A DNA stretch of 64,000 bases, from contig JAQOWU010000008.1 in assembly GCA_030867685.1 (NCBI GenBank), positions 310,001-374,000 of the forward strand, written 5' to 3'. Every line of letters begins with the position of its first letter. Position 1 is the first letter of the stretch. The notes beneath the pieces are model-generated. The model searched no databases. It saw only the letters and a list, made by a program, of their open reading frames with translations, and had not been told where the DNA came from. The stretch is from Wickerhamiella versatilis (taxonomy: Eukaryota). Positions 50,702 to 61,711 of this stretch are shown here, piece after piece. The position numbers and the translations under genes are program-made.

Positions 50702-51874
50702 TTAACATACTTGAGATGCACTAGTTATGTCGGAAGTTGAGGAGTCACCACCTTTTCCTAGGAGTCCTTGTTCGTAAACATGGGTTTTCGCCTGTTTGTA
50801 TACCTCTTTGTGATGCAATAATTCATTGGAACCTCGATGATGTCGGCCCAAAATAGGAATTTTGCCCGTGCGCTCTTTGTATAGCAAGAATGAAATGCAT
50901 GCCACTATGACGACCCAATATAAATTATATGAAATAATGCTTCCATATGTTGCAGTATTCTGCCACCCAAGAAGTACGTTAAACAACGAATATGGATTGT
51001 CTTGGAGCTTCGGGTTACAACAATCCACGTGCCAAACTACCTCCCTTGGATCATAGGAACCTGGGCCTGAGCCATTCTCTGCAACATCCCCAGCCCTTTG
51101 GGCAAATGAGTGGAATTGAACTTGCCACACCCCTCGCGAGAACAGTCCAGCTGCTACTAAGTAAAGAAGACATGTTGAGGCAATGAGAAAATATTTCAGC
51201 TTTAGGAATCTTCCGCCATAGTATAAACCTATTCCTGCGAATATTCCACACACTATCCCGCTTATCAAAGAGAGAGGATAACCACTTGCAGGTTTTCCTA
51301 TGGCTGTGCCAAAGATGAAAACAACAGCTTCGACGCCTTCCCGCAGTATGGTAACCAATGGCAGAAGAGTCATACTGTAGTTTCGTGCCCAAGAATTTAA
51401 TTTGTTGGAAAAGATATATATATTTTTGGTTGAGCTTAATTTGTGATTCTTTGTTGGTTTCTGAGTTTTTTGTGAGTCCTCCTCTCCAATAGAGAGAATT
51501 GCCAAGGAAATTTTATTTTCCAGCTTCTGCTTCATATCCTTCAAGCGCATCATTCCAAATCCCATGAATGTTATCATCACCGATGAAATTAGCGCTAATA
51601 TTCCTTCATACAGGTTTTCCGAGCTTGACCATAGGTCTTTTCCGGCAATTTTCCAGGTTGCAATAAATATTGCTGCAATGCACGCCGTGAGAAGGATTCC
51701 TACTCCACTCCCTATCCAGATTTGCTTGAAAAGACGTCTTTGAATCGACTTGCCAGGTTCAAATCCATCATAGGTCTGTGAAACGAATGACAAGAGAATG
51801 GCTATAATAATAGCAGTCTCCAGGCTTTCACGAAAGATTACAAGAAATATATCAAGATAAAAAATTCTTTGCAT
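50702..51874 (-). CDS. FTR1: High-affinity iron permease
   Basis: Two REXXE motifs (RESLE, REGVE), AAGLFSRGVW, GPGSYD, LGWQNTATYGS. Confidence 0.95.
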   Translation of the reverse strand: MQRIFYLDIFLVIFRESLETAIIIAILLSFVSQTYDGFEPGKSIQRRLFKQIWIGSGVGILLTACIAAIFIATWKIAGKDLWSSSENLYEGILALISSVMITFMGFGMMRLKDMKQKLENKISLAILSIGEEDSQKTQKPTKNHKLSSTKNIYIFSNKLNSWARNYSMTLLPLVTILREGVEAVVFIFGTAIGKPASGYPLSLISGIVCGIFAGIGLYYGGRFLKLKYFLIASTCLLYLVAAGLFSRGVWQVQFHSFAQRAGDVAENGSGPGSYDPREVVWHVDCCNPKLQDNPYSLFNVLLGWQNTATYGSIISYNLYWVVIVACISFLLYKERTGKIPILGRHHRGSNELLHHKEVYKQAKTHVYEQGLLGKGGDSSTSDITSASQVC

Positions 51875-52410
51875 ATAGAAATGGCGGAGAATCCATTCTT
51901 AATTGAGTTATCACCCTGCTCGCGTTATTACGCCATCGGGTTAAAAAGAATATTTGAGTAATAACATTCAGTTGGAGGTGCTACATCAAAAGCTTTACTT
52001 AGTGAGATAAAGGCTTGCATATTCTATATTTGATCATAATTATTGCAGAGACCCCTCTAGAATAATAACATGGGTCGATACGTACTGTTAAGAAGAAGTT
52101 TATATATAATATATTATATAAATTGTGCTGGGTGCTTACAATGAGATATCATCTTCATCAATGCATGGCAATCATGACAATCAAAATGACGAGAGGACGG
52201 AACCAGGCAGGAATACTTAAATATTGGGTAGATTAATGGAAAGCTAGGACTAATCTTGAAGCAATGTTAAGAGGATACCATCTGAAAGCCTAGATCGAAG
52301 ACAGGTTGGAGACAGTTTAAAACATATTCATATGCGATGAGTCATCGGTCCTCTGGTCTTTTTGCGAGAGTATCTCTTCTCTTAGGCGCAAAAGTGATCA
52401 CACAAAGTCC
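51875..52410. promoter_or_regulatory. Shared divergent FTR1-FET3 promoter
   Basis: Head-to-head genes; HGATAA at 51908-51913 (-) and 52005-52010 (+); palindrome CGATGAGTCATCG at 52335-52347. Confidence 0.6.
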
Positions 52411-54360
52411 ATGCTTTCCTTAGCGCTCTCACTTCTTCTAGCCGGAGAGGTTAATGCTGCAGTTCGTCAATATAACTGGACAGTCGGATGGACGACTATA
52501 AATCCCGATGGCCGAAAGGACCGTCTAGCTGTGGCGATCAACGATCAGTGGCCATTGCCTATCATTAGGGCAACAAAAGGAGATCGTGTAGAAATCTGGG
52601 TTGACAATCAGTTGAATGATCCGCCTCGCAATAACTCCATACATTTCCACGGCCTGTTTCAGAATGGCACAAATGACATGGACGGCCCTAGTTGGGTGAC
52701 TCAGTGCCCGATACCACCTGGCTCGTCCTTTTTATACAACTTTACTGTTGACCAGCCGGGTACATACTGGTACCATACTCATACCGACGCGTTGTATCCT
52801 GATGGATATCGACAACTTATCTTGATAGAGGATGATGATGCATGGTTCGCAGAGGAGGTGGACCGTGAAGTATCCTTTACTTTAACTGATTGGTATCATG
52901 AACTTACGCAGACTATAGTTGAGAATGACTTTATGAATCTCTACAATCCAAGTGGTGCTGAGCCTCGGCCCAATTCGAACCTATTCAATGACACACTCAA
53001 TCCGAAATGGGAGGTTGGGCCAAACGAAACTATACGTTTGAGGCTTGCAAATACCGCGGCCATGAGCCATTATTATTTCTACATCGAAGATGCGGAGTTT
53101 GACATCGTCGAAGTGGATGGTGTGTACACCGAACCAGCTCGTGCCAATTCTATCTTTATTACTCCAGCCCAACGTTACTCTTTGCTCTTCAATACCTCTG
53201 GAGATCCAAGTAAAGTCTATCGGATGGGAATGATCGTTGATAGTAGCATGTACGACGTGATCCCACCAGATACAAACTTGAATGCCACTGGTTTCTTGTG
53301 GCAAGGAGAGAAAGACAAGCTTGAGTTTCCTGAAATCACAAATGAGGATATCTATGAAAAAGGACCAGTCAAGGTTAAGTCAAGCCGCGAGGAGTTATCC
53401 AAAGACGATGTTGAATGGTTTGACGATATGAATCTAGTTCCGTACGACCATCAACCCATACTTCCTGCCCCTGATCGTGAAGTTACCCTTGAAGTGCAGT
53501 TGACCAACCTAAGAGATGGAATAAACTACGCTTTCTTCAACGATATTACGTGGACCCATGCAAAGGTCCCCTCTTTGTTTACTGCTTTGAGCGCTCCAGA
53601 TGATGATGCTTCCCTAAATGAAACTGTCTATGGGATTAACACACATTCTATGGTCCTTGATCATATGGATGTCGTACAACTAGTCCTGAATAATAACGAT
53701 GATAGCAGACATCCATTTCATCTGCACGGACATAATTTCCAATGTTTACTACGCGGGCCAGATATGGGGGATGATTTTACGCCTTATGATCCCTCTTCAG
53801 AATCCAACAAAGAGTTTCCAGACATCCCGATGCGCCGAGATACTCTTCATGTGGAAGCAAACAGCCACTTTGTCATTCGCTGGCGTGCAGACAATCCAGG
53901 GGCTTGGCTATTCCATTGCCATGTTGATTGGCATCTAACTCAAGGGTTAGCAGTGGAATTTATTGAAGCTCCAGTTCAGCTTCGTCAAAATTACAAAGTG
54001 CATCCTATCCCTGATATCAATCTAAAGACATGTAAGGCTGCAAATGTCAGCATTGTGGGCAATGCTGCTGGTAATTCTGGCTCAGATTTCTTCGATCTAT
54101 CTGGGATGAACAGACAGCAGCCTTTCTTGCCCGGTGGCTTCACTGCTAAAGGTGTAGTTGCAATGATCTTTTCGATCATCTCTGCGTTCATGGGAATGGG
54201 TTTTATTGTTTGGTATGGTCTTTCAGATACAAAGATCTCCGAGGCAAATGCTGCAGAGGATGTACTTTGTGAAGATGTTGATCCAGATGATGTAAGTGCT
54301 CATCTGTTCAATCAAGAACAAGAGGTACCAAGTCAGCCTGAGGAACCTCAAAATCATTGA
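52411..54360 (+). CDS. FET3: Multicopper ferroxidase
   Basis: Signal peptide, HFHG, YWYHTH, HPFHLHGH, WLFHCHVDWH, C-terminal TM. Confidence 0.95.
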   Translation: MLSLALSLLLAGEVNAAVRQYNWTVGWTTINPDGRKDRLAVAINDQWPLPIIRATKGDRVEIWVDNQLNDPPRNNSIHFHGLFQNGTNDMDGPSWVTQCPIPPGSSFLYNFTVDQPGTYWYHTHTDALYPDGYRQLILIEDDDAWFAEEVDREVSFTLTDWYHELTQTIVENDFMNLYNPSGAEPRPNSNLFNDTLNPKWEVGPNETIRLRLANTAAMSHYYFYIEDAEFDIVEVDGVYTEPARANSIFITPAQRYSLLFNTSGDPSKVYRMGMIVDSSMYDVIPPDTNLNATGFLWQGEKDKLEFPEITNEDIYEKGPVKVKSSREELSKDDVEWFDDMNLVPYDHQPILPAPDREVTLEVQLTNLRDGINYAFFNDITWTHAKVPSLFTALSAPDDDASLNETVYGINTHSMVLDHMDVVQLVLNNNDDSRHPFHLHGHNFQCLLRGPDMGDDFTPYDPSSESNKEFPDIPMRRDTLHVEANSHFVIRWRADNPGAWLFHCHVDWHLTQGLAVEFIEAPVQLRQNYKVHPIPDINLKTCKAANVSIVGNAAGNSGSDFFDLSGMNRQQPFLPGGFTAKGVVAMIFSIISAFMGMGFIVWYGLSDTKISEANAAEDVLCEDVDPDDVSAHLFNQEQEVPSQPEEPQNH

Positions 54361-54841
54361 AGCTATCAGCATGTTATAGCAGCGAGATGTAATAAAATTA
54401 TACTCATAATGAGAAGCCTCGCATCATTCAAAAAATTTTGATGTGTATGAAATGTAATGCCTTGTTCACGAAGTTCATTTCATGAGACCGATTTGAGTCT
54501 GTAAAAAAGAGGTTTGTTCTGTAAGGTGTTTGGGATATACATTCAATGCATGACTTTCTTTTTTTTTCCATTTTCGCCACTTGAAATTAAAAAAAGGTCC
54601 AATCAAGTGTGAAACCTATCTTTAACGATTGTTTGTGATTTCTGGGTACACTTCATAAACGAACCACAGATTGAATAACTTAGCAGATTACACATCGCTT
54701 CTAGACTAGAATAAATAACGACTCGATTAAGTGAATGTCCATTATATCAAGAATACATGCACTTTACAATCTAAGACTGGTTGAACAATCCAAGACAGTT
54801 CGACAAAGAGACGTGTTCACAGGTTGGTTAGTCATCCGAAA

Positions 54842-57076
54842 ATGCTTCGGAGGACTGCAAGTGTATTCTGCCGTCGGCTTTACTCTGCTATACCTCAGAC
54901 TTTCAATGAGGAGAAACAGGCTCTTGAATCAATACGTTCAAAGCTGAGTAGTGATGAAATTCAGCGTCTGGACCGCCTCCGTAATATTGGAATTGCCGCA
55001 CACATAGATTCTGGTAAAACAACGTTTACAGAGCGTGTCCTATTCTACACGGGCCGTATCAAAGCAATACATGAAGTTAGAGGCCGTGATAATGTTGGTG
55101 CAAAAATGGATTCGATGGTGCTTGAACGAGAGAAGGGTATCACAATCCAAAGTGCGGCTACTTTCTGCGACTGGACCAGAAAAGATCTTATAACAAACGA
55201 AGATCAGAACTATCACTTTAACTTGATCGATACCCCTGGCCATATTGACTTTACCATTGAAGTGGAGCGTGCGCTTCGAGTTTTAGATGGCGCCGTCCTC
55301 GTGGTGTGTGCAGTCAGTGGTGTTCAGAGCCAGACTGTCACTGTTGACAGACAAATGAGACGCTACAATGTCCCTAGGGTCACGTTTATTAACAAGATGG
55401 ATCGAATGGGAGCGAACCCCTGGCGTGCCATCAATCAAATAAGACAGAAATTACATATCGCTGCAGCTGCAGTGCAGGTTCCTATTGGTTCTGAAGACCA
55501 GCTTTCTGGTGTTGTTGATATAATTTGGCAGAAAGCTCTCTATAATAAGGGAGATAATGGTGAAGAAATTGAAGAGGGACCTGTCCCGGAAGATTTGAAA
55601 GAATTGGTAGCTGAGAAGCGTCAGGAACTAATAGAAATCCTTGCTGATGTGGATGAGGAGATAGCAACGATATTTATCGATGAGCAAGAGCCTACTCCAC
55701 AACAGATTTTGGCAGCTATCCGTCGTGCTACTATAGCGCGCCAGTTCACACCTGTTTTGATGGGCTCGGCTCTCGCCAACCGTGGTATTCAGCCCGTTTT
55801 GGATGCGGTGTGTGATTACCTTCCAGATCCTTCTCAGGTTCTTAATACTGGGTTGGACGTATCGGACCCCGCTAAAGAGGCTCCTATTGTCCTTGAATCT
55901 AACAGTGCATTGCCATTTGTTGGTTTGGCCTTCAAGTTAGAGGAGGGAAGGTATGGGCAGCTAACCTACATTCGGGTATATCAGGGTAAGATGAAAAAAG
56001 GTATGCAAATGGTCAATGTCCGGACTGGTAAGAAGATTAAGCTTGCACGTCTTGTGCGTATGCATTCCAATGAAATGGAAGATGTCAATGAGGCAGGAGC
56101 GGGTGAGATTTGTGCCACATTTGGCATAGACTGCTCTTCTGGTGATTCCTTCACTTCCGGTGAAAAACTTGCTATGAGCTCCATGTTCGTTCCAGAACCC
56201 GTAATTTCTTTGTCTATTGCACCTAAGTCACGGGACTCCCAAAATTTTTCCAAGGCAATTAATCGCTTCCAGAAAGAAGATCCGACATTCCGCGTACGCT
56301 ATGATGATGAATCCAAGGAGACTGTAGTCAGTGGAATGGGAGAGCTTCACCTCGAAATTTACGTTGAACGAATCCGTCGTGAATACAATGTTGAGTGCAC
56401 CACTGGTAAACCTCAAGTGGCCTACCGAGAAACAATCACAAGCCCTACTACTCCATTTGAATTCACCCATAAAAAACAAAGTGGTGGTGCTGGCCAATAT
56501 GCCAAGGTCATGGGTGAAATAAGCAAAGCATCGAAATCTGAAGCTAATGAGTTTGAAACCGCAATAGTTGGTGGTAAGATACCCGAGAAGTTTTTGACAG
56601 CTTGCGCCAAGGGTTTTGAAGAGGCTTTGGCAAAGGGACCTCTCACTGGACATCGTGTGCTAGGCGTCCACATGCTAATCAATGATGGTCAAGTTCATGT
56701 AGTAGATTCGTCTGAGCTGGCTTTCCGCACTGCCACAATTGGTGCGTTCAATGATGCCTTTATGCGCGCAAACCCTATTGTAATGGAGCCCGTTATGAAG
56801 GTTGCTGTGACAGCGCCAACAGAATTTCAATCAGCAATTATCGGGCTTCTGAATAAAAAGGAAGCTCTGATCAACGATACAGATGTTGGTACGGAGGAGT
56901 TCACTATATATGCTGAGTGTTCCCTCAATAACATGTTTGGCTTTGCTACCATTCTACGTGCGTCATCGCAGGGTAAAGGAGAATTCACCCTGGAATTTTC
57001 ACATTACGCGCCTGCTCCTGTGCCTCTTCAACGTGAGCTTATCACTGCTCATGAAAAGAAGATGGGAAAAAAATAA
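54842..57076 (+). CDS. MEF1: Mitochondrial elongation factor G1
   Basis: Presequence [47 protein letters not shown]. Confidence 0.96.
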   Translation: MLRRTASVFCRRLYSAIPQTFNEEKQALESIRSKLSSDEIQRLDRLRNIGIAAHIDSGKTTFTERVLFYTGRIKAIHEVRGRDNVGAKMDSMVLEREKGITIQSAATFCDWTRKDLITNEDQNYHFNLIDTPGHIDFTIEVERALRVLDGAVLVVCAVSGVQSQTVTVDRQMRRYNVPRVTFINKMDRMGANPWRAINQIRQKLHIAAAAVQVPIGSEDQLSGVVDIIWQKALYNKGDNGEEIEEGPVPEDLKELVAEKRQELIEILADVDEEIATIFIDEQEPTPQQILAAIRRATIARQFTPVLMGSALANRGIQPVLDAVCDYLPDPSQVLNTGLDVSDPAKEAPIVLESNSALPFVGLAFKLEEGRYGQLTYIRVYQGKMKKGMQMVNVRTGKKIKLARLVRMHSNEMEDVNEAGAGEICATFGIDCSSGDSFTSGEKLAMSSMFVPEPVISLSIAPKSRDSQNFSKAINRFQKEDPTFRVRYDDESKETVVSGMGELHLEIYVERIRREYNVECTTGKPQVAYRETITSPTTPFEFTHKKQSGGAGQYAKVMGEISKASKSEANEFETAIVGGKIPEKFLTACAKGFEEALAKGPLTGHRVLGVHMLINDGQVHVVDSSELAFRTATIGAFNDAFMRANPIVMEPVMKVAVTAPTEFQSAIIGLLNKKEALINDTDVGTEEFTIYAECSLNNMFGFATILRASSQGKGEFTLEFSHYAPAPVPLQRELITAHEKKMGKK

Positions 57077-57120
57077 ATTTGTACATACTTAGACGGTAAG
57101 GAATAAATTCCGATCCATTC

Positions 57121-57508
57121 TCATTTCTTATGCTCTCTTCTTTTTATTTTCTCTAATAGAACACCCGTTTGGAGCCCAAGCTTCGGCTGCCCTCTAGCGG
57201 ATCTCAATTGCATGACTGTCTTCTCGTTATCTCTCCTCTTAGAAGCTTCCTCCTTTGCTTTTCGGGAATTATCCCTTAATTGTTCTTTGGTTTCCTTAAC
57301 CTTATTGACATTGTCTTGTTTTGACGGCTTTGCAGCAGAGTGCTTCGCACCAGGGCTTGTCTTTGGAGTGTTCGTCATCTTAAAATAGGCACGACGTATT
57401 CGTGCCCGTCTAGCAAGACTTTTCTTAATTTCACGTGCTGAATGTTAGTATACGAGCCCATAACAATTCTTCGATAAACTTACTTTTGCGTTCATATGGA
57501 TTGACCAT
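57121..57508 (-). CDS. FYV7: Fyv7-like rRNA-processing protein, two exons (57484-57508, 57121-57437), 113 aa
   Basis: Spliced product MVNPYERKTREIKKSLARRARIRRAYFKM...RGQPKLGLQTGVLLEKIK matches Fyv7 N- and C-terminal motifs. Confidence 0.78.
57438..57483 (-). other. Spliceosomal intron (46 nt) in FYV7
   Basis: GTAAGT donor, TACTAAC branch, CAG acceptor; splicing restores the frame. Confidence 0.9.
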
Positions 57509-57541
57509 ATTTTTGCCAGATGAGTCAGCCGATCATATGGG

Positions 57542-60073
57542 ATGCTTCGCTGTGTACGACAGCGTCTCCGAATAACTAACAGGTCCTTCAGTACAAACGT
57601 ATTCAGCTCTTTGAGCGACGAGATAAATACTGGAAATGCCCAAAAAGTATGGCAGGATGCTGTCACCGCAAATGCGTCTGAGGCTATGTCGCATCGTGCG
57701 TCATTATTTCTGGCCATAGAAAAGGAACGCCCACTGTGGGCGTTGTCAATTTTAGAACGCTTGCCGACAAATTTGCGGACCATAGATGATTTTCGATTTG
57801 CGTTGAATATCTTGCTGCACAATGAACTTTTAGAAGAGGCACGTAATATGCTTCTGTCAGTTGCAAGACGACATCCGATATACTGGGAATCTCTGATGTA
57901 TGAATTGGCGGAATCTGAACCAATCCATTGGATTCTTCCCCTATTTTGCGAGAGTTTAGTGGCACAAGGAATGACTTATACGCTTTCGCATCCGGGTCCT
58001 CCGAGTGATAAGATCCTTCAAGTAATCGTCAAGCGAGTACTTGCATCTGGACAGGAATCAGATATTCTGACACAAATCCTTGATTCCATGGTTAATACAG
58101 TTCTATCTTCACGATTGGCAACCGCAATCCTTCGATCGTGTTATATTTTGCATATGAATCCTGAACATACTGGCATTCTTAGTTGGAAACTCCAGAGACA
58201 TGTTGCAACTTCAGAAGATTTGAAGTACTCTCTTCTAGGCCTCCTGCGAATTGGTGAGCCACTTCGTGCCCTGCAGTTATATGACACCAAGAAGCAAAGC
58301 GTGAACACAACTGCTTCTGGTTTGGATGAGGTGGTACTAGCCGCTGCCGCCTCTGCAAGTCAATGGGACAGGCTAGAGTCTATGTTTAACGCGATGGCTG
58401 CGGTTCCTGGTAAGTATAAAACGGTACTTTCGGTGCTGTCGGCCCTTGGTGGCACCCAAGCTCTCGAGGAAATATGGCATCAGCTTGTAGAGGTGGACAA
58501 GATTAAGCCTACATATGGCATATGTCATGCTATAATGTTCAGCATGCGTCAGCTTGGTGAAACAGCTCGTGTCCAGCATTACTTTTATGAGTTGGTGAAA
58601 TACTTACCACCATTGCGTAGTTCTTTTCGTCTCCTTTTAGGTGCTTACCGGGATGCTTCAGATATTCGAAGTGCTCTGGAACTAATGAGTGAAATGAGTG
58701 GCACACATCAATTACCGTTGACTGCTGCAGAATTTAGTATTTTACTCTCTCTGTGCGCGAAGCTACGAGATTTCCAAAGTTCTTCTACCGTATGGACCTG
58801 GGCGCGTACCGTACTTCATGATATCGATATACCATTAAAAAATTCGTACTTGAAGTGTCTTGTCGAAACGAATCGTCAAGAAGAAGCGCTTAAATTCTGG
58901 ACAGAGGAGTTCGACTCTGCAAGACAGGGAATTGATACTCTCACTATCATGCTAGGTCTTGCAGCTCGAAAGGGAAATGCTGAGCTTTTCAAAGCAATTG
59001 TCGATATTGCGGAGCAACAGGGTGTAAAAAAAGACGCAGCATGGTTTGTAGAGATTATGAGATTCTACGCACGTGTTGGAGACTACCCCAATGCTTGGAG
59101 ACAATTTTCGGAAATGAAAAAGCTTCACATACAGCCACATGGAGATCATTATAGTTTACTTGGCACTTTACAAAAGAAGTATCACCTCGCTGACGACTCG
59201 GCAAAGACTTACGAAAATGCGCGAAAAAATAATGCTCTGTCCTTCGGTTTTATGGGCCAACAATTAAGGCTTTTTGCCGGTAATAGTGAAGAAGATGTTC
59301 GTAGAATTGGCGAGCGTGTAGCGCTTGACCTGCTCAAAGGAGGCGGGAATGATCCATCATCCGACGTACTTGCAAGATCCAAGGTACCTGTTAGTACAGT
59401 TAAAGCGACTATACGTACCGCTCTTCGACCTGGTGGTGATCCTAGGATCGCTAGGAAAATCCTGGATAGACTTCATGAAAACCCTTCATTTACTCAGCCT
59501 TGGATGGTTTGGGGCCAAGAATTAATTTATTACAGTCGTTTAAACAATTGGAGGAGCTTTGACCGTGCGTGGAATAAATTTTTTGAGGTTGTAAGGCGTA
59601 ATGCGACGGTCTTGCAAGATGACAAGTCGTATAAACTCCCTCCAAGATATCGGCTTGTTTTCGAGCAGCAGGTCACCGCACGAATTCGACAGTTAGCTAC
59701 AGAAAAAAACCGTGTCTCGCTATTGAATCTTCAAAATGAACTAAATGCAATTGGCATAAAATTTACAAGACGAAATTGGAACTTGTGGGTTTGTGCTCTA
59801 GTCGAGGCAGGAGAAATAATTGAAGCATTTCGTATCGTGAAGCGCGAAGGGACATTTGGAAGGAGCCGCAGTGGCGACTCTAAACCAGTTGGAGTACGCC
59901 CAATGACAAGAGCTGTTCTCATAAAAAATTGGTTATCACTAGTACAACTTGTCTCGCCAGAATTACCTTATCCCCAGGCTGCGGAGGTTGCTGTTCAATC
60001 TCTCGGATACCCTGCTAGATATGTTCGTCAACGATATGAAAATCCGAAAAAGGTAGAAAACTCAAATAATTAA
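57542..60073 (+). CDS. Mitochondrial pentatricopeptide-repeat protein (Pet309-like)
   Basis: Presequence MLRCVRQRLR; tandem ~35-aa PPR-like units (e.g. WFVEIMRFYARVGDYPNAWRQFSEMKKLHIQPHGDHY). Confidence 0.75.
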   Translation: MLRCVRQRLRITNRSFSTNVFSSLSDEINTGNAQKVWQDAVTANASEAMSHRASLFLAIEKERPLWALSILERLPTNLRTIDDFRFALNILLHNELLEEARNMLLSVARRHPIYWESLMYELAESEPIHWILPLFCESLVAQGMTYTLSHPGPPSDKILQVIVKRVLASGQESDILTQILDSMVNTVLSSRLATAILRSCYILHMNPEHTGILSWKLQRHVATSEDLKYSLLGLLRIGEPLRALQLYDTKKQSVNTTASGLDEVVLAAAASASQWDRLESMFNAMAAVPGKYKTVLSVLSALGGTQALEEIWHQLVEVDKIKPTYGICHAIMFSMRQLGETARVQHYFYELVKYLPPLRSSFRLLLGAYRDASDIRSALELMSEMSGTHQLPLTAAEFSILLSLCAKLRDFQSSSTVWTWARTVLHDIDIPLKNSYLKCLVETNRQEEALKFWTEEFDSARQGIDTLTIMLGLAARKGNAELFKAIVDIAEQQGVKKDAAWFVEIMRFYARVGDYPNAWRQFSEMKKLHIQPHGDHYSLLGTLQKKYHLADDSAKTYENARKNNALSFGFMGQQLRLFAGNSEEDVRRIGERVALDLLKGGGNDPSSDVLARSKVPVSTVKATIRTALRPGGDPRIARKILDRLHENPSFTQPWMVWGQELIYYSRLNNWRSFDRAWNKFFEVVRRNATVLQDDKSYKLPPRYRLVFEQQVTARIRQLATEKNRVSLLNLQNELNAIGIKFTRRNWNLWVCALVEAGEIIEAFRIVKREGTFGRSRSGDSKPVGVRPMTRAVLIKNWLSLVQLVSPELPYPQAAEVAVQSLGYPARYVRQRYENPKKVENSNN

Positions 60074-60148
60074 GTGTACATAGTATATATCTAACTCTCA
60101 GTAATTCAGCCATCAGTTCTTCTTGTTCATTATTCATCATACAGTTTA

Positions 60149-60502
60149 ATGTCGAACTTACGGGTGGATACCCTCCCTACAGGGTTCCGCCAAGATATCC
60201 GTGCTGCCCAACGAACATTTGAAGGAGCATACCTACGCACAGCAATCACTAACTTGTCTTTTGGTCTCATTATCCTACGACTTTTCTCTAGTGATTTTCT
60301 TGCAGTGGGCACTGTCTATACTGTTCATTCCATTCTCATGCTTTGTCTGTCCTACTACGAAAGAAACCGGTTAGAGCGCTATTTTGAAGAGACTAACTAT
60401 TCTGTTTTCGTGACTGGTGGGTGGTCGGTACCTCTTTCAAGTTCAATCACACTTGCTGCACACTTCTCACTTCTGGTGATACTGTTCCGTATGAACGATT
60501 GA
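60149..60502 (+). CDS. DUF202-type small membrane protein
   Basis: RAAQRTFEGAYLRTA followed by three TM segments. Confidence 0.7.
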   Translation: MSNLRVDTLPTGFRQDIRAAQRTFEGAYLRTAITNLSFGLIILRLFSSDFLAVGTVYTVHSILMLCLSYYERNRLERYFEETNYSVFVTGGWSVPLSSSITLAAHFSLLVILFRMND

Positions 60503-60517
60503 AAAAGCATATTTATT

Positions 60518-61072
60518 TTATTCTTCTGGAGACGGGAGCTCTAAGCCTCCAGCTAGTGAGCTACCATGCGATAAGAATCCTACGTGGGGCTGTACGTTCC
60601 ACCTTAGAGTGATATTTGCATACCGGTTGTCAAATGTATCACTGACGTCCCAGACAGAATATTTAGACCGCGAATCCCTCATATTTATTTGTGCATGGTC
60701 CTGATCATGTATGATTGTATCCCAAATGACAACTGAATTGCTAATATCCGGTCGCTTTCCTCCATAATCAAGTGTGAGATATGCAAACACTTGCTTTGTG
60801 TTCCAGTTGAACAAAGGGCTTAAATCGGCCTCCAAGTCGAATTTCAATCTCACGTTTTCTTTTGGCTTCCCAGGAGCACCACCAAATCTACGTCCGGTTC
60901 TTAAGGCGGCACGAGCATCAACGTGGTCAGTTTTGGCTGAGACAGCTCCACTCCACGCGCCTGCTGACCATAGCTGGGCATGGGATATAACTGCGATCAC
61001 CACTGCAGCCACCATAAGAGCTGTGGAAAATGTCCCACTAGTCTTTTGAACCCGGGTCACCAACGAGAACAT
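60518..61072 (-). CDS. SPC3: Signal peptidase complex subunit
   Basis: FDLEADLSPLFNWNTKQVFAYL, VIWDTII, WNVQPHVG. Confidence 0.94.
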   Translation of the reverse strand: MFSLVTRVQKTSGTFSTALMVAAVVIAVISHAQLWSAGAWSGAVSAKTDHVDARAALRTGRRFGGAPGKPKENVRLKFDLEADLSPLFNWNTKQVFAYLTLDYGGKRPDISNSVVIWDTIIHDQDHAQINMRDSRSKYSVWDVSDTFDNRYANITLRWNVQPHVGFLSHGSSLAGGLELPSPEE

Positions 61073-61711
61073 CCACGGCTACTTTGCTGATTCAGCACCA
61101 TGCAACAGTGGATGCAGATAATATAAAGTAGTGAGTGGACGAATTTATTCCCTTTAATTTCTTTTGCAATGTGTTTATTGAAGTCACTTGTTTTTTTTTA
61201 TTTGTTTTGTACAATTTGCTGATTATAGTAGTTAGTCCACAAATTACGACACTAAATTAGGCACCGTGTAAGAGTCATCGTGATATTCTGACGACATGCG
61301 ACTTTCACAAACCATAGCATTAAAGAGACAGACGAGTAGCGATTTTACAAATTGTTTCTGACTCAAAAGCAATTAAAGATTTTGCCTATTTCACATGCGG
61401 ACCCTTGCTGACGTTGAAAAGCTCCTGCTACAGTAGCTACCCAATTCTACTTTGATTGCGCGGCCCTTATAAAAATGGAGTTGAATTACTATTATATCCT
61501 ATACATACTGAAGTGCGCGTATTTCAGCGAAATATTCAACATTGTTTATTCCCAAATCCAAGAAGAAAGTCTGAAAAGCCGGCATTGCGTTTAATAATGC
61601 CCTACCGCCTAGTAAAAGCCACTATTCATTTTCTTCAGTCATAAAATTCCTGCTTAATTCTCGATAGCAGGGAATGTACACTCTCCAGAAAAATAGTAAG
61701 TAAGGAATTTC

